A stretch of DNA of 63,980 bases, the filler included, from Pelomyxa schiedti (Eukaryota > Protista > Evosea): assembly GCA_020536535.1 (NCBI GenBank). It is 7 parts of 7 records of this genome, joined end to end, with 100 filler letters (N's around TTAATTAATTAA, not from the genome) between each part and the next. Parts side by side here need not be neighbours in the genome. Positions count along the whole stretch, not along the records: positions 16,689 to 44,200 come from JAHLWZ010001030.1; positions 44,301 to 59,352 come from JAHLWZ010000082.1; 5 more parts are not named here. The stretch is one strand, 5' to 3'. Below, in pieces: positions 36,623 through 48,545 of the stretch; within the stretch, counting starts at the first letter, position 1; each line of letters starts with the position of its first letter. The notes below the pieces were generated by a model. The model saw only the letters and a program-made list of their open reading frames with translations. It did no database searches and had not been told where the DNA came from. Made by a program: the position numbers and the translations under genes.

Positions 36623-36967
36623 TGTGGTTCTCTTGATGATGATGGGAGTGGGTGGTGTCTGTGTGGAGGGAGAGAAGTGTGTGTGTATGAAATAAGGGCG
36701 ATGGCGGACGACTGTGTGTGGGTACGGACTATGGAATACTGAGGAGGGCCTGGGCGCGAAACGGCTGGCTGCGGCTTACTTGGTTATTGGCTTCTTGATA
36801 TTTCGATTTGATTTGTTTTCGTGGTTTTGAGTCGAGGCAAGAAACACAAAGAAGGATTCGGGGTGCCGAATTGGCCATTACATTTTTGCTGTTCTTTGTT
36901 TGGAACCAACGACTCTGAGCTCGTTAAGGCTTTCTCGGCACCGGTGTTTTTAAACAGTTTGGGCACA

Positions 36968-37943
36968 ATGCAGGAGAACGAATCAAACACTACAACTTCG
37001 ACTTCCGTACCCAGGCCTATTTCTCACAGTTGGAACTCCCTCCGTCCACCAAACAATTCCTCACCGTTTCATTAACACAGGGAAACAAAAAAACAAACAA
37101 TAAACACAGCCAGAGGCAGTATATATGTTGCCAAGCATAATCACAAAGCATCCACTTTGCCCCCGCCACCCACTCCTAACTGTATAAACGTGTATATTCA
37201 CACTGACGAATCCACATTCGGCGGTGACCTCAGCCCATACCACCTACGCACTCGTGAGGGCTTCATAATCGAGAACGTGTGGCAGTTTTCAAAACTCTAT
37301 CCCAAAGTTCCCGCTCAGGTACAGCCATTCCCCCAAAGCTACTACTAAGATATCTGACTGGGAATGACACCCACACATTCCCGATATCTCTCTCACCCAC
37401 CAAAAGAACCAGCCACAGTATCAAGGCGGATGGACACACCCACAAGAAGTGCACTGCGATCCAAAGACAAAGAAGCCAACAGATGCATACTGGAGATGGA
37501 GGCACAAGGGCTTTATGTTCCCGCACGCCGTCCGATACCCGGTGGGCACCGAGGCCAGGGCCCAGTGCCTGTGCTCTATCTGGCCCATGGACGCCAGCGC
37601 CGCGTCCGACAACCAGTGCCTCGGGTACATCGAGGCCCGCAAGCGGATCTACTGCGGCCTGTACGCCCAGTGCGCCCCCTCGGCCCCCTCGTTCGCGAAG
37701 ATGCAGCGCCTTCTGTCGGACGGGACCAGCATCCAGATCATAGAGGTGGACGGGCCCAATCCAGAGCTGCAGTACGCGCCGTACGACAGGATCTGCCGCG
37801 AGCGCCCTGGCTTGCTTATGGATGCTGAGGTTGTCAATCTTTTGCTGCACGACAAGAGGAACCCTTTCGGCCACGGTTTCACAATCGCGGCGCTTCTCAT
37901 CCAGCTCGACCCCAACGACCCACAACCAGGTCTATTTTTCTAA
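36968..37943 (+). CDS. Conserved hypothetical protein of a type seen in giant viruses and bacteria (DUF6939/NADAR-like), three exons
   Basis: LSPY.L...IENVWQFSKLY, YWRWR.KG..HAVRYPVG, LGYIEARKRIYCGLY, IIEVDGP, PFGHG; family assignment recalled, not searched. Confidence 0.65.
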
Positions 37944-38012
37944 AACAAGCAACACCAAAAATGTGCCCCTTCTTCCAAGTTGTCTCCAGTTTCCCTTCAA
38001 ATCTTCTTCGAG

Positions 38013-41000
38013 TAATGAGCCGCAGGCCGTCGTGGGTTTGGCGATGTCAAACGCGGAGCAATAAAAAGGACGATTAAAAAAAAATACTGAAAACACACCA
38101 GAGCGCCGCACCGGACGACCCAGCGAAAACTCGCACCACTGCGTCTTCATCTCCTTCTGGGTCCGCAACTTCGTCGACTTCTTCTCGCTTTGGCAGCTGG
38201 CCCTGTGTGGATCGTGACATTGAGATCGAGCTGTTGGTGCGTTGGGCGCAACACAATCAACGTCTTCTTGGGAAGCGGGCTACTTTGGTCCCACAACCAA
38301 GCCGGTGGTGCTATTCTCCTCTCAGTTGTTCGGCTCGGGAAAGACCTTTTTTGCCGACCACGCAATTGAGCACCTTGCTGGTGACTTTGAGCGTTTGGGT
38401 CCCATAACACAGGTTTTTTGGGTGTATTTTTTTTTATCTGATGGGGCTAACTGTTACCTAGAACCTAGTGAATCCAAGCCCACCTGATGAGATTGATGAC
38501 CGATGTGGGTTGGCAGGCTTGCGCAACTTCAGCTTCACTCAGGAAGCTGTGAGGAACTTCGCAGAAGCCAAGCACCTTAACTGTTGATCTTACGACAATC
38601 ATGCCTTTGAAGGAAGGGCAAAGGGCACGTCAAGCAGTTCCATACTGGATCCTTGCCACACTCAACGGAAATACTCCTTACGCCAATTTTGAAAACATCC
38701 CCTTCATGCATCCTGGGTTTATTTACGAAGTTAGTTATTCTCCCTTCCAATCATAGTTGTTGAGGAAAAATTTACAGAAAATTCTCATGCCAAAATGGAA
38801 TGGAAACTGGTTCATTTGTTTTGATGAAGTTGGAGTATTTGAGGGATCAAGTGCCAAGGCAGGCTTTCCAGAGCTGACGAAGAACTGCTTTTTACCCTTA
38901 TTAGAATGCGTCCAGGAGCTCATATTAACATCGAAGGGAAAGGTAGCTATTTCATTACCTTCCTACTTTATCTCCCCCTTCCTCTTAGCCACCACCTCTA
39001 AAATCCAGGTTTTCGTTTTTCTTTGTGGGAAATCTTGGACTCTTATAAACTTGGCTCTTGGTGATGTCGTGACTTCTCCTTTACACCTGCAGTATCTTGC
39101 AATGGGGGCACTAAATGTATGTGTATGGAGTGATATTTTATAACTCCGAATAAAACAAACACCAGGCCGCAGACGTAGAACTCATTTTGCAGTCCTCAGA
39201 CATCAGTCGGTTTTTGCCATCTCCTCTCCTTGCACCATTGGCCGAACTTATCTACGATCTCAGTGGTGGGGTTCCGCGAATTATTCATATCATGTCCTGG
39301 AATCTATGGTCACACCTCTGCCACAGTTCTCCAGTAGAGACAATTGAGCACTTACACACTCTCCTTGCGCCTACTGGCATCATTGGGCAACACGTTCTTT
39401 CTGACACGACTATTTTCTCTGAAGCAACGAAGGAAAGCCTTCCCAGACAAGAGCTCGACAAGTACGAGGTTATGCTCCTACACATCTGTATGTATAAGCA
39501 GGAGGGCCTTTGTGCTTGCGTTCGCGTTATCGAGTTTCGCATTGGTAACCATTTCGTTAATAGATATGTTGAATGCTGTAATTCCCTCTGCAAGAGCCGC
39601 AAAGATTTTAAGCGTCTTCCCATGTTACATTACCCCTTTCAGAAATGGATTTAAGCCGACTTTTTCTAAGTACTGGATACATAAGACGGAAAACAGGACG
39701 GACCGCGCTATGCCACTTTCGTCCCTGTTGTCTCTTGTACAAACTTCACCACCGGTCCTTTCTCAAGGAAGACTTCTTGAACTTGTTTCTGCTGAAGTCT
39801 TATGCCTGTGGTTCATGTACGCTACGAAGAACACTATTGAGTCTGCCCTGCCCTTCCTTAAGAATACAGTTCTGGGCCCAGTCTTGCTCTCAGTTAACAT
39901 AAGCACAACTACCAGCAAAATGTTCTTCACACCAACTTGCATTCCCATGCTGAATTCCATAACGACAAAGGGCCATCCAACACAGTTCTCTTACAATCAT
40001 CAGGACTGGGACTTGTACGTCAAGATGCTCCAAGAAAAATACCTGCACCAGATTGGCCTCCCTCCAGAGACATCACAGGGGCCCGATTTGGTTATTCCTC
40101 TGGCACTCAATTCAGAGGCCACTTCTCTAGTATGTGCAACAGAGGAAACCGCAATCACCCACCTTCTCGAATTTGCCTTCAAAAACATCCAAGGAGGCAG
40201 TGCCGGCACCAAGTCTAAGTCCAATTGGAGCACAATACAAGCTGAAGTTGACAAATGTCTTTATGCACCAAGAAAATCCGATGTACAAATCCACCTCACC
40301 TTGGTCTTTGCATCAACTGAACTCGTGGATGCCGTCTTCTCAGTTTTTAAAGGGTACCCGTGGATTGTCTTATCCAGTAAGGACACTGAAATGAGGTGGT
40401 ATCTGAACACAAAAACTAAGGTAAAAAACGGAATACCCATATGGATGACTAGAACTAAACAAACGATCCCTTAGTCCCTTGTGAAAGAAAATCCGGGTAC
40501 CGGATCTCAGCCTTCACTTTCCATCCCTCCCAATTGTGACGTAATTATTCTTGGAGCTGAGGGGATGGATACTCTGTTTGGGGGAAACACATTGCAAATT
40601 TTGAGAAACCACTTCCGATCCAGTGCAAACATGGTTGAATACTTTGACGGCTTGTCGCTGGTACTGGAAAGCATACAGAACCTTATTGGAGGAAATCCCT
40701 ACACACCGTCCTCAGTGGACTTACGTTTTTGACAGCACACTCGTCGCGAAAGAGAGCCCCAACCACTGCTGTGGAAGAAGCAGCATCGCATCCTCCACCA
40801 AAATTACCGAGGGTGGAAATGAATGGTACTAACTTGCCTTGCCTCATGTACTTGTCAGTGACAACCCCTATCTTCAGTTGCGGAGAAGTTACTCAATTTG
40901 GCTGACACACTGGATCCCATGGAGGGGACAAAACTCATAGAACTGAAGCTCACAATAGAATCTTGCCCTGCACTTGCATATAGACTACGTCGTGCAGCTA

Positions 41001-41300
41001 TCACGGCTCAAGATGCTGAAGCACAGAAGGTCGCTGATGAAGCCCAAGCAAAACTGGTTTGTCAACTTCCTCTTTCCTCCTGAGAGAAGTAATGAAAAGC
41101 AGAGCGAGTGCACCAGACTAAGTAACCTTTTGGGGTCGGCTGAGTCTGTGGCGGACCTGAGGGAATTTCTGGAGTTAGACCTGAACCTGGACCAGGAAAC
41201 AAGGGCTACAACTTGCTGGTGGACATGTGATGACACAGTGAAAAAAGGGCTCAGGAGACTTATGGAACAACAACAGTCGCACACAACACAAAAAAGCTAG
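38013..41300 (+). pseudogene. Crinkler-type P-loop NTPase + PD-(D/E)xK-like nuclease gene with two apparent frameshifts
   Basis: CVDRDIE, QLFGSGKT (Walker A), FICFDEVG (Walker B), SGGVPR, GRLLE, SQGPDL..LEFAFK; frame breaks at ~38290 and ~38579. Confidence 0.65.
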
Positions 41301-41550
41301 AGAAAGCACCAACTTTGCAGCTCCTCCCCTTTGAATAGAAATAGAAGCGCATTTCTTGTGCCACTCACCACAACGTGTTGAAACAGATTTTCGTGGCAAG
41401 TGCTTCCTCCAATCTCACAGCCCAGGCCCAACCGCCGAAAGGGCAAAATAAATCCAAAAAAAAAAAAACAAAAAAACAAAAGAAAATTAATTCAAAACAC
41501 AAAACAAAAAAGAAGAAAAAATTAAAAAAAAAAACAAAAAGCTACGATCG

Positions 41551-42044
41551 ATGGCGTACATGAGAGCACCCCCCGATGTGTACTCTGCCACATTCCACAA
41601 CCGACTGAGCACCCCCGTCAACGTGTCGATTGTTTACAGCACCGCAATGGGACGCGAGCCGATCCCCGTCAACGTCGAGGTAGCTCCCGGCGCTCAGCAC
41701 GCTTTCCCACAGAGGACCTTCGATGAAGGTGGTTTTTTCCCCTTGCTTATTGATTTTCTCTGCTTCTAACTCGTTGTTTTTATTACTTCAAATACGCACC
41801 TATCTTTTTTTTTCCTTTCCAATGTACTGTCTTGACTGTATTTATTAATATATTTAATAAATTTATTATAATATAACTAATTTCTCTAGGGACATGCACT
41901 TACACCTACGTGATTTCTGAGCTTAAAGTACTTACTATTGTGAAACACGCGCCGTTTGCTGGCGTATCTTCACCTACCAAGGACTTCCACTTCTCACTTG
42001 TCAACGACGGCCACCCTGAGCTCATAGAATCGAAGACCCCATAA
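41551..42044 (+). CDS. Small (~110 aa) two-exon hypothetical beta-rich protein
   Basis: MAYMRAPPDVYSATFHN...TFDE joined to GTCTYTYVIS...ESKTP* by a GT-AG intron. Confidence 0.65.
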
Positions 42045-42094
42045 TTAGCCACTCAATCCCATAGGGGAAAAGTAACAAACTACTTGTTTCTTTC

Positions 42095-44119
42095 CTAGCT
42101 GGATTCCCCTTTTTCCATCCCACTGTCACTCTCACTGTTGTGTAGTACAGCCGACGGTGATCCATTGTTGTCTCCCACGGAATCTAGTTCCGTGATTGGT
42201 GAGGAGCCCAGTCCCGGGGATGTTGGCCCGTCAAATTCATTGTGGTACTTCGTCTCGGGAGCAAAGGGTAGGCAGCAACATGTAATAATGGGAATGATGG
42301 CGAGGCCTATTAGAACCACTAGGGGTGATATCTTGGCTGTGATGACTTGGCCTGGAAATGAATGGAAACAAGTTGTTAAAGGAATGCAAATGTGAAGAAA
42401 GAGATAAGGAGGAAAAAGAATCACCAAGGACAAAAGGGAAAATCGCAGTTATGATTCTGTGGGTTTTTGGTTAGTTGTAGGTTTCAAGGTTTGGGTTCTG
42501 CAACCTGCCACCGTTGTATGTTGATCCAGAGCATGTGGCCCTCAGGTACGTTGGAAAGCATTCTTTGTGTTGGTCAGTACTCTATGAAATTACTTGGGAA
42601 ACAACCAGGAATGTAAAACATAAGGATACTAATAAAAGTATTTAGGTCAGTGTGTGAACTTAAAACAACATACCAAAACGGAGGTGTGTCAACAAAGCCT
42701 AAGAGGAAAAAGAACGAGCATCTCAAGTATCCCGGATAGGAATCAACCGGCAAAAAAATAACAACTATCATGACAACAGAGGCTGTCAAGAAGATTAGTG
42801 TGAACTTTATACCTCTGAGCATACTACATAGGGGAAAGAGTTTCACCAGAGAAAAAGAGAAGAAAGAGCTTCTTTCTTTGCATAAATTTGGCTATGAAAA
42901 AAACTGACAGCGACCCAATGATGCCCCCAGAATAAATCAAGACTGACATCATAATCACATAATCACTTTTGCGTTTTGTGTCTCCATTTGACAGGTAACT
43001 GGATAGGTATGGTATGAAGGCCTGAATGCTCCACCTGTTAAACAAATCAACAACGAATTGTAACTTCGGGGAGTGAACCAAACTATGAGTGCTCCACATG
43101 ACAACACAAGGCAGCAAATAACTCTTGGAAACCATGGTTGACTACAGGGAAGTATTTAAGTAAATTCAAAAAAGGAGGGGAATATTTGAATAGATGGTAA
43201 AAAGTTTACTGGAGTGCGTCTGTGAGGACACCATCACTCTTGGAAGTTTTCCATCTTTCTGGTTCCTTTACTTTGAGCCTTATCAGAAGAGTCAGAATGA
43301 CAGGTAAAACAGCAATCGCAAACACAATCCGCCAACTATATGATGAATATTTCGGAGCTGGCAATGCAACATTTATTATTGCCTACAGTTTTTGGTGTTA
43401 GGAGGCGACCTGGTCAGATTAACAACATTTACAACAAACCCAACAAGAGCACCAGTTGGAGCCCCAGTATACACAAGAACTGATGCTAGTATTCTCTTCT
43501 CGGCCTGAACACTTTCAGCACTGTCACAAGTGAGAATAACCAAAATATTTATTGATAACTACGCTAGAGATGCTCCTGCAGCCTACAAGAAAAGCAATAA
43601 GCAAAGAATAATAAGTAATATTAAGGAAGTACCCATTCTCCGCCAATTCCCACAGCAGAAATAAATCGAAAAACAACCAACCACCATATGGAAAATGATC
43701 CTGCACATATTGCAGTGGAGACAGAGTAAATTGATATCTGGTGGAGTGTACATAATTGGTTGGAGAAACAAAGACATTACAGTGAAGAGCAGTGCTTTGG
43801 CTCTCCCAAACTTATCTGCAATAATACCAAAAATAAAGCCGCCAATTGCCCAACCAACAAGGAGGACAGAGGTCAGAATTGAAGTCCACATTGCAGTCTA
43901 GCCATAATACAAAGGGTTAATGCCCAAAGGTCGTGAAGCAAAACTTAATAAGAAAACAAACAATTCTGGCCGAATCAGGGTCGTCAGGGTCCAATCCAAG
44001 TAAGTAAGGAACGCACACAGGAGCGGCATAAGTAAACAGGGTGCTATCAAACAAATCGAAAGTGAGCCCCATGAACGTACTCACCATCACCCACACTTCT
44101 TTCCCACTGAATCGTCTGC
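42095..44119 (-). CDS. Major facilitator superfamily transporter (5' partial)
   Basis: FDLFDSTLF, GGFIFGIIADKFGRAK (MFS motif A), RFISAVGIGGEW, LRATCSG..YNGG, APETK. Confidence 0.9.
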
Positions 44120-44300
44120 ATAATATAGGAGGGGGAGAAACAACAACAACAAACACACAAAATCAGCCTGTTGCAAAAAGCCGAGTTTATGTTGCAAAAA
44201 NNNNNNNNNNNNNNNNNNNNNNNNNNNNNNNNNNNNNNNNNNNNTTAATTAATTAANNNNNNNNNNNNNNNNNNNNNNNNNNNNNNNNNNNNNNNNNNNN

Positions 44301-46088
44301 CTTACGGACTACAACGTTACAGGGAGGCAACCGGTGATTCATTGATATACATTACTATAAATGATAAGCAAGAACAACTGGCCGAGCTACAAAAGCAACT
44401 TGCAGCACTCAGAGGAAGTTCTACTACTACTTCTTCTTCTTCTTCAACACCAACATCAACATCAACACCCACAGCAACAGTGCCAACGGATACGGCAACT
44501 GCAACTGCAACAACATCCACTCCGGAAAGCACAGCATCGTCTTCTGCAGCCGCTTCTTCGTCTCCTGCAATTGCACCAGTAACACCTACGCCAAGTACAA
44601 ACATTGTGGTTGGAAGTGGAGGGCCTGGTAAAAGAATCGTGATTGCGTATATGAGTACAACCGGGAATACCAGGTATGTTGCTCAGACACTGGCTGATCT
44701 CTGGAAGGACAAGCCAGCAATATCTCTGATAACACTAGTGGACATCACAGGACCACAGGTTTTCCTCACTTCGTTGTTGACTTCATCTTGCTTAACAGTG
44801 TAATTAGCGCCCCGATACTACTCCCTTCAAAACTGCCGATGTTGTGGGAATTGGTACCNNNNNNNNNNNNNNNNNNNNNNNNNNNNNNNNNNNNNNNNNN
44901 NNNNNNNNNNNNNNNNNNNNNNNNNNNNNNNNNNNNNNNNNNNNNNNNNNNNNNNNNNGTGGACATCACAGGACCACAGGTTTTCCTCACTTCGTTGTTG
45001 ACTTCATCTTGCTTAACAGTGTAATTAGCGCCCCGATACTACTCCCTTCAAAACTGCCGATGTTGTGGGAATTGGTACCCTAACATGGGGTCTGGTAAGA
45101 ATTTATTTTTTTTTTTTTTGGCACACATCACAACAAATTACAGAGGGAACCTCCAAGAGTCAGGGATTTCATAACGGGAATGGACCCTGCTTGGGTGAAA
45201 GACAAACCTTGCTTCGTTTTTACCACTGCCCGAGTAATGGCTGGAAATGTTTGTTCCAACATGTATGTAGATTTTTAAAAGCACCCAACAATTCGTTGTA
45301 ATAACTATCACTTATAAGGTTGTCGGCCCTGCACAAAAAGAACGGAATTACCGTTGGTTATTTAGAGCTCCTCGCGCCAGGGAACTTTTATGGGTTACCA
45401 GCCCAAGGCAAGCGGACGGTACTTATCCTCTTTTCGGCCTTTATTAAGATGACCTCAGGTATGGGGAATGGATGAAAGAAAGAAAATAGCCCCATTTGCC
45501 GAAAAGATGCATGCCCTGTTCCTTTCACCCAAGAAACACTCCAAATCCGGAAGTCTCTTTTCCAGTGCATTTTCATCGCTTCTTCTCAGTGATGCCCAGG
45601 TAATTTTCACAATACCTCCAGCTATCTCTGACATTCCTTTAACCCCGCGTCGCAGATCAAGGAAATGGTTGGAGAGGTTCTCTTTTCCTCCTCGTGTGTC
45701 TTTTCACCCGCACAATTCAATTCCATTAACAACCAACCCAGAAAGTGTGTACGCTGCGGCCTGTGTGCCAGACAATGCCCATTTGGCGCCATATCAGTAT
45801 ATATCCCAAACCCACATACCACACTGCCAAATTCTGCTTATATAATAATATACTAACACACATGCATATCTATTATAATTATATTTATAACATTCCACAC
45901 AGATGAATGAGAGCGGGCCGGTGTGGACCAAGGCCAAGTGTGAATCGTGCTCCCGGTGCTTCAATTACTGCCCCAAGCAGGCCATTGTGTACAGCAAGCT
46001 GGACCCCAACTTTGCGCAGTACCGCTTCATCCCTGGCAAGACCCCAGTCGATGGCAGCTTCAACACAAAAGAAGTATCAAACTCCTGA
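44301..46088 (+). CDS. EFR1-type flavodoxin + 2x[4Fe-4S] ferredoxin with an N-terminal coiled-coil and S/T linker (5' partial)
   Basis: YMSTTGNTRYVA flavodoxin loop; CVRCGLCARQCP and CESCSRCFNYCP ferredoxin motifs. Confidence 0.85.
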
Positions 46089-46241
46089 CAAGATTCCCAA
46101 ACCACCCCACACCATTCACAATGTTACACTAATTAAAAGAGGGAGCACTGTTCTGTTCACTCTTTGCCGTTCACCGAAACCCTGATAATCAACAGCGTTC
46201 CGGTCTGTTGATTATTTTATTCAGCCAGTTGATCATCGACG

Positions 46242-47538
46242 ATGGCCGCAGCGAGTACGTCGGCGGCGTTGGGGGGGTCGTCGTCGCCGCTGACGACGTC
46301 GGCGTCAGGGGGGGCAGCGGCTGTGGTTGACTTCGCGATGGGGTTCGAGAGCCCGATGGAGTTGCTCAAGGGCAAGAAGTGGAAGAAGATGTGGTGCTCG
46401 CTAACTTTCGGGATGTTGACTTACGCCGAGGTATATATATGGGCTCTCAAGTTTTAGTTTTTTTTCCCTTTTTTTCTAACTGATGGTTACCATTAGACTA
46501 AAGGAGGTACGCCAAGTGGCACGCTTTGTTTGCAGGACTGTAATATTGAACGCACGCAGAATTGTATTGTATTCAAGGTGTGCCTTTTGTTATATTGCTG
46601 ACCCCTTTGGTTTGACTCTGAACAACAAAAAGTCTCCATCAAGGGAGTATACATTCAAGCCTGAATCGATGGAACTTGTCAATAGATGGTTACTTGCCTT
46701 GAGGCAATTATGTGGTATGACTTCTTGTTGTGAAAATCTATTCTTTATTTTCTCTCATCCGCATAAGATAGGAATGGGAAAACTAGGCACCACTCTTTTC
46801 GAAAAACCGCCTTTCATATCCCTGTAACCTGTACAAGTTGTGAAAAGGTAACTTCTTTCCAATGTTTTGTACCTAATAGGACAAAAGCTTGTCTGGGGTT
46901 TAGGGAAACCTGGTTTTTCCTGTTATGCCTGCCGGTATTCTTAGTTTCTTCCTGGTTAATAACTTAACACTTAACATTTTCCAGGTTCCAAATCCATTTG
47001 AAATGCATCTCCAACCCAAATGTAGTTGGATCATGCGCAGGATATACCGACCTGACTACGAACCCTTCTCTTGTAAAAAACTTAATCACCCTACTTATTT
47101 AATATTACTTACAGGAAGAAATGTTGGTATCTCCAAGTGAACTTCAAGCGAGAAAAAGTGAAATCTTGGCCAGGAAAAGAGCCGACAACCAGGCAGTCAC
47201 TGTACAGAGCCAAATATTTGCCGCTAAGAGGGCGCAACTCCGGGCACTTGGAGATGTTGAAGCGGTATGTAACAAAACTGAAAACTAAACACACTGACAC
47301 CAAAACAAACACGCAGTATTTGAACATGTCACCAATTCAACTGGCAGATGACATGAGGAAACATGAGGAAGAAGCCACAGCACAAATCCGAGATATTGTA
47401 ATACAATACGAGCAGCTAAAAGCACCGCTGCTTGATGAACTCATGCTCAGAGAAATAGAGGAAGTGGATTTGTGGTACGCACAGCTCAGATCCGACATCC
47501 TCGCCGAGCTAACACTGCGCGGTGAACAAACAGAATAA
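46242..47538 (+). CDS. PH + C1 zinc finger + C-terminal SARAH-like coiled-coil protein
   Basis: KKWKKMW..RWLLAL (PH); HSFRKTAFHIPVTCTSC..VWGLGKPGFSCYAC..IHLKC (C1); REIEEVDLWYAQLRSDILAEL. Confidence 0.8.
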
Positions 47539-47638
47539 AACCTCACTCACATGTAGTTACTAGAACGTGAGGCTTGTGTAATAAACAAAAAGAAAATAAC
47601 AAAACTTATTAAAAGTTTTTCATAAAGAAAGGACTCTG

Positions 47639-48438
47639 TCATGAGAAGACCCTAAGGATCTTAACAGACGTGACATAGGGCTGGAAATTTAATGAAACAA
47701 AAACTTGGCCTGAGCTTGCGTCCTCAACTGTGATGCATTTCCTCTTGTTGCAATACTTGTGGTTGCTGTCAATGACGTTGACCGAGCCAACGTAGTCGGT
47801 GGGGAATTCGAGAAGTTTGAAGAAGAACCCAGAACGGCCAATCCACTGAGCAACGCCATTTTGATCCACAACCCTGAGTGGCTTGGTTGTGTTGTTGCAG
47901 TCCCAGAACTCAACATGTTGCACTGCATCAGTGGAACTGGTTATGGTTGTTGTTGAAACCAAGAAGATTCTGCTGTCCAGTTGTGACAGCTCTGCGGTTT
48001 GAACGTTTGTCAAACGAGATATGCTCCCAGTGGTTTCTTCCACTGATAGAACTCCTCCAACTCCAGAGGCACAGCCAAGAATATGTATCAGGATGAACAC
48101 GTGGGTTCCATCATCTCTCTTCATGCACAGCAATGACCCTCCCATACCACCAGGCTCCCACTTTGGGGTTGTCACCTTTGTGGATCGCAGTGCAGTCAAT
48201 TGCTTTGTGTCAAAAATTTGCTGGAGTCCCAAAACAAGGATCAAGAAGGTGGCGTGTTCGGCGTCACTCTCGTGCAGAACAACAATCACAGCTTCTTCTG
48301 GATTTGAACTGCTGATTCCAAGCCACATAATGCTCAGTTTCCCTGAAACGAGAATGGTGGGAATATCAGCTGGAAGGTCAGTCACATTGGCCACATACAA
48401 AGTCTCGAGCCAGTTGGTGTCCAATCCGAGGCAAATCA
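47639..48438 (-). pseudogene. 3' part of a header-family gene; its 5' part is misplaced at 58596-59190
   Basis: 48318-48438 is identical to 58596-58716; C-terminal ITVEDASSG motif. Confidence 0.65.
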
Positions 48439-48545
48439 NNNNNNNNNNNNNNNNNNNNNNNNNNNNNNNNNNNNNNNNNNNNNNNNNNNNNNNNNNNNNN
48501 NNNNNNNNNNNNNNNNNNNNNNNNNNNNNNNNNNNNNNTCGATTG

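Noticed and set aside
44738-45079. Direct repeat in the flavodoxin gene (similarly 54612-54953)
   Set aside because: Exactly 121-bp identical copies on either side of a 100-N gap, consistent with a k-mer overlap artefact
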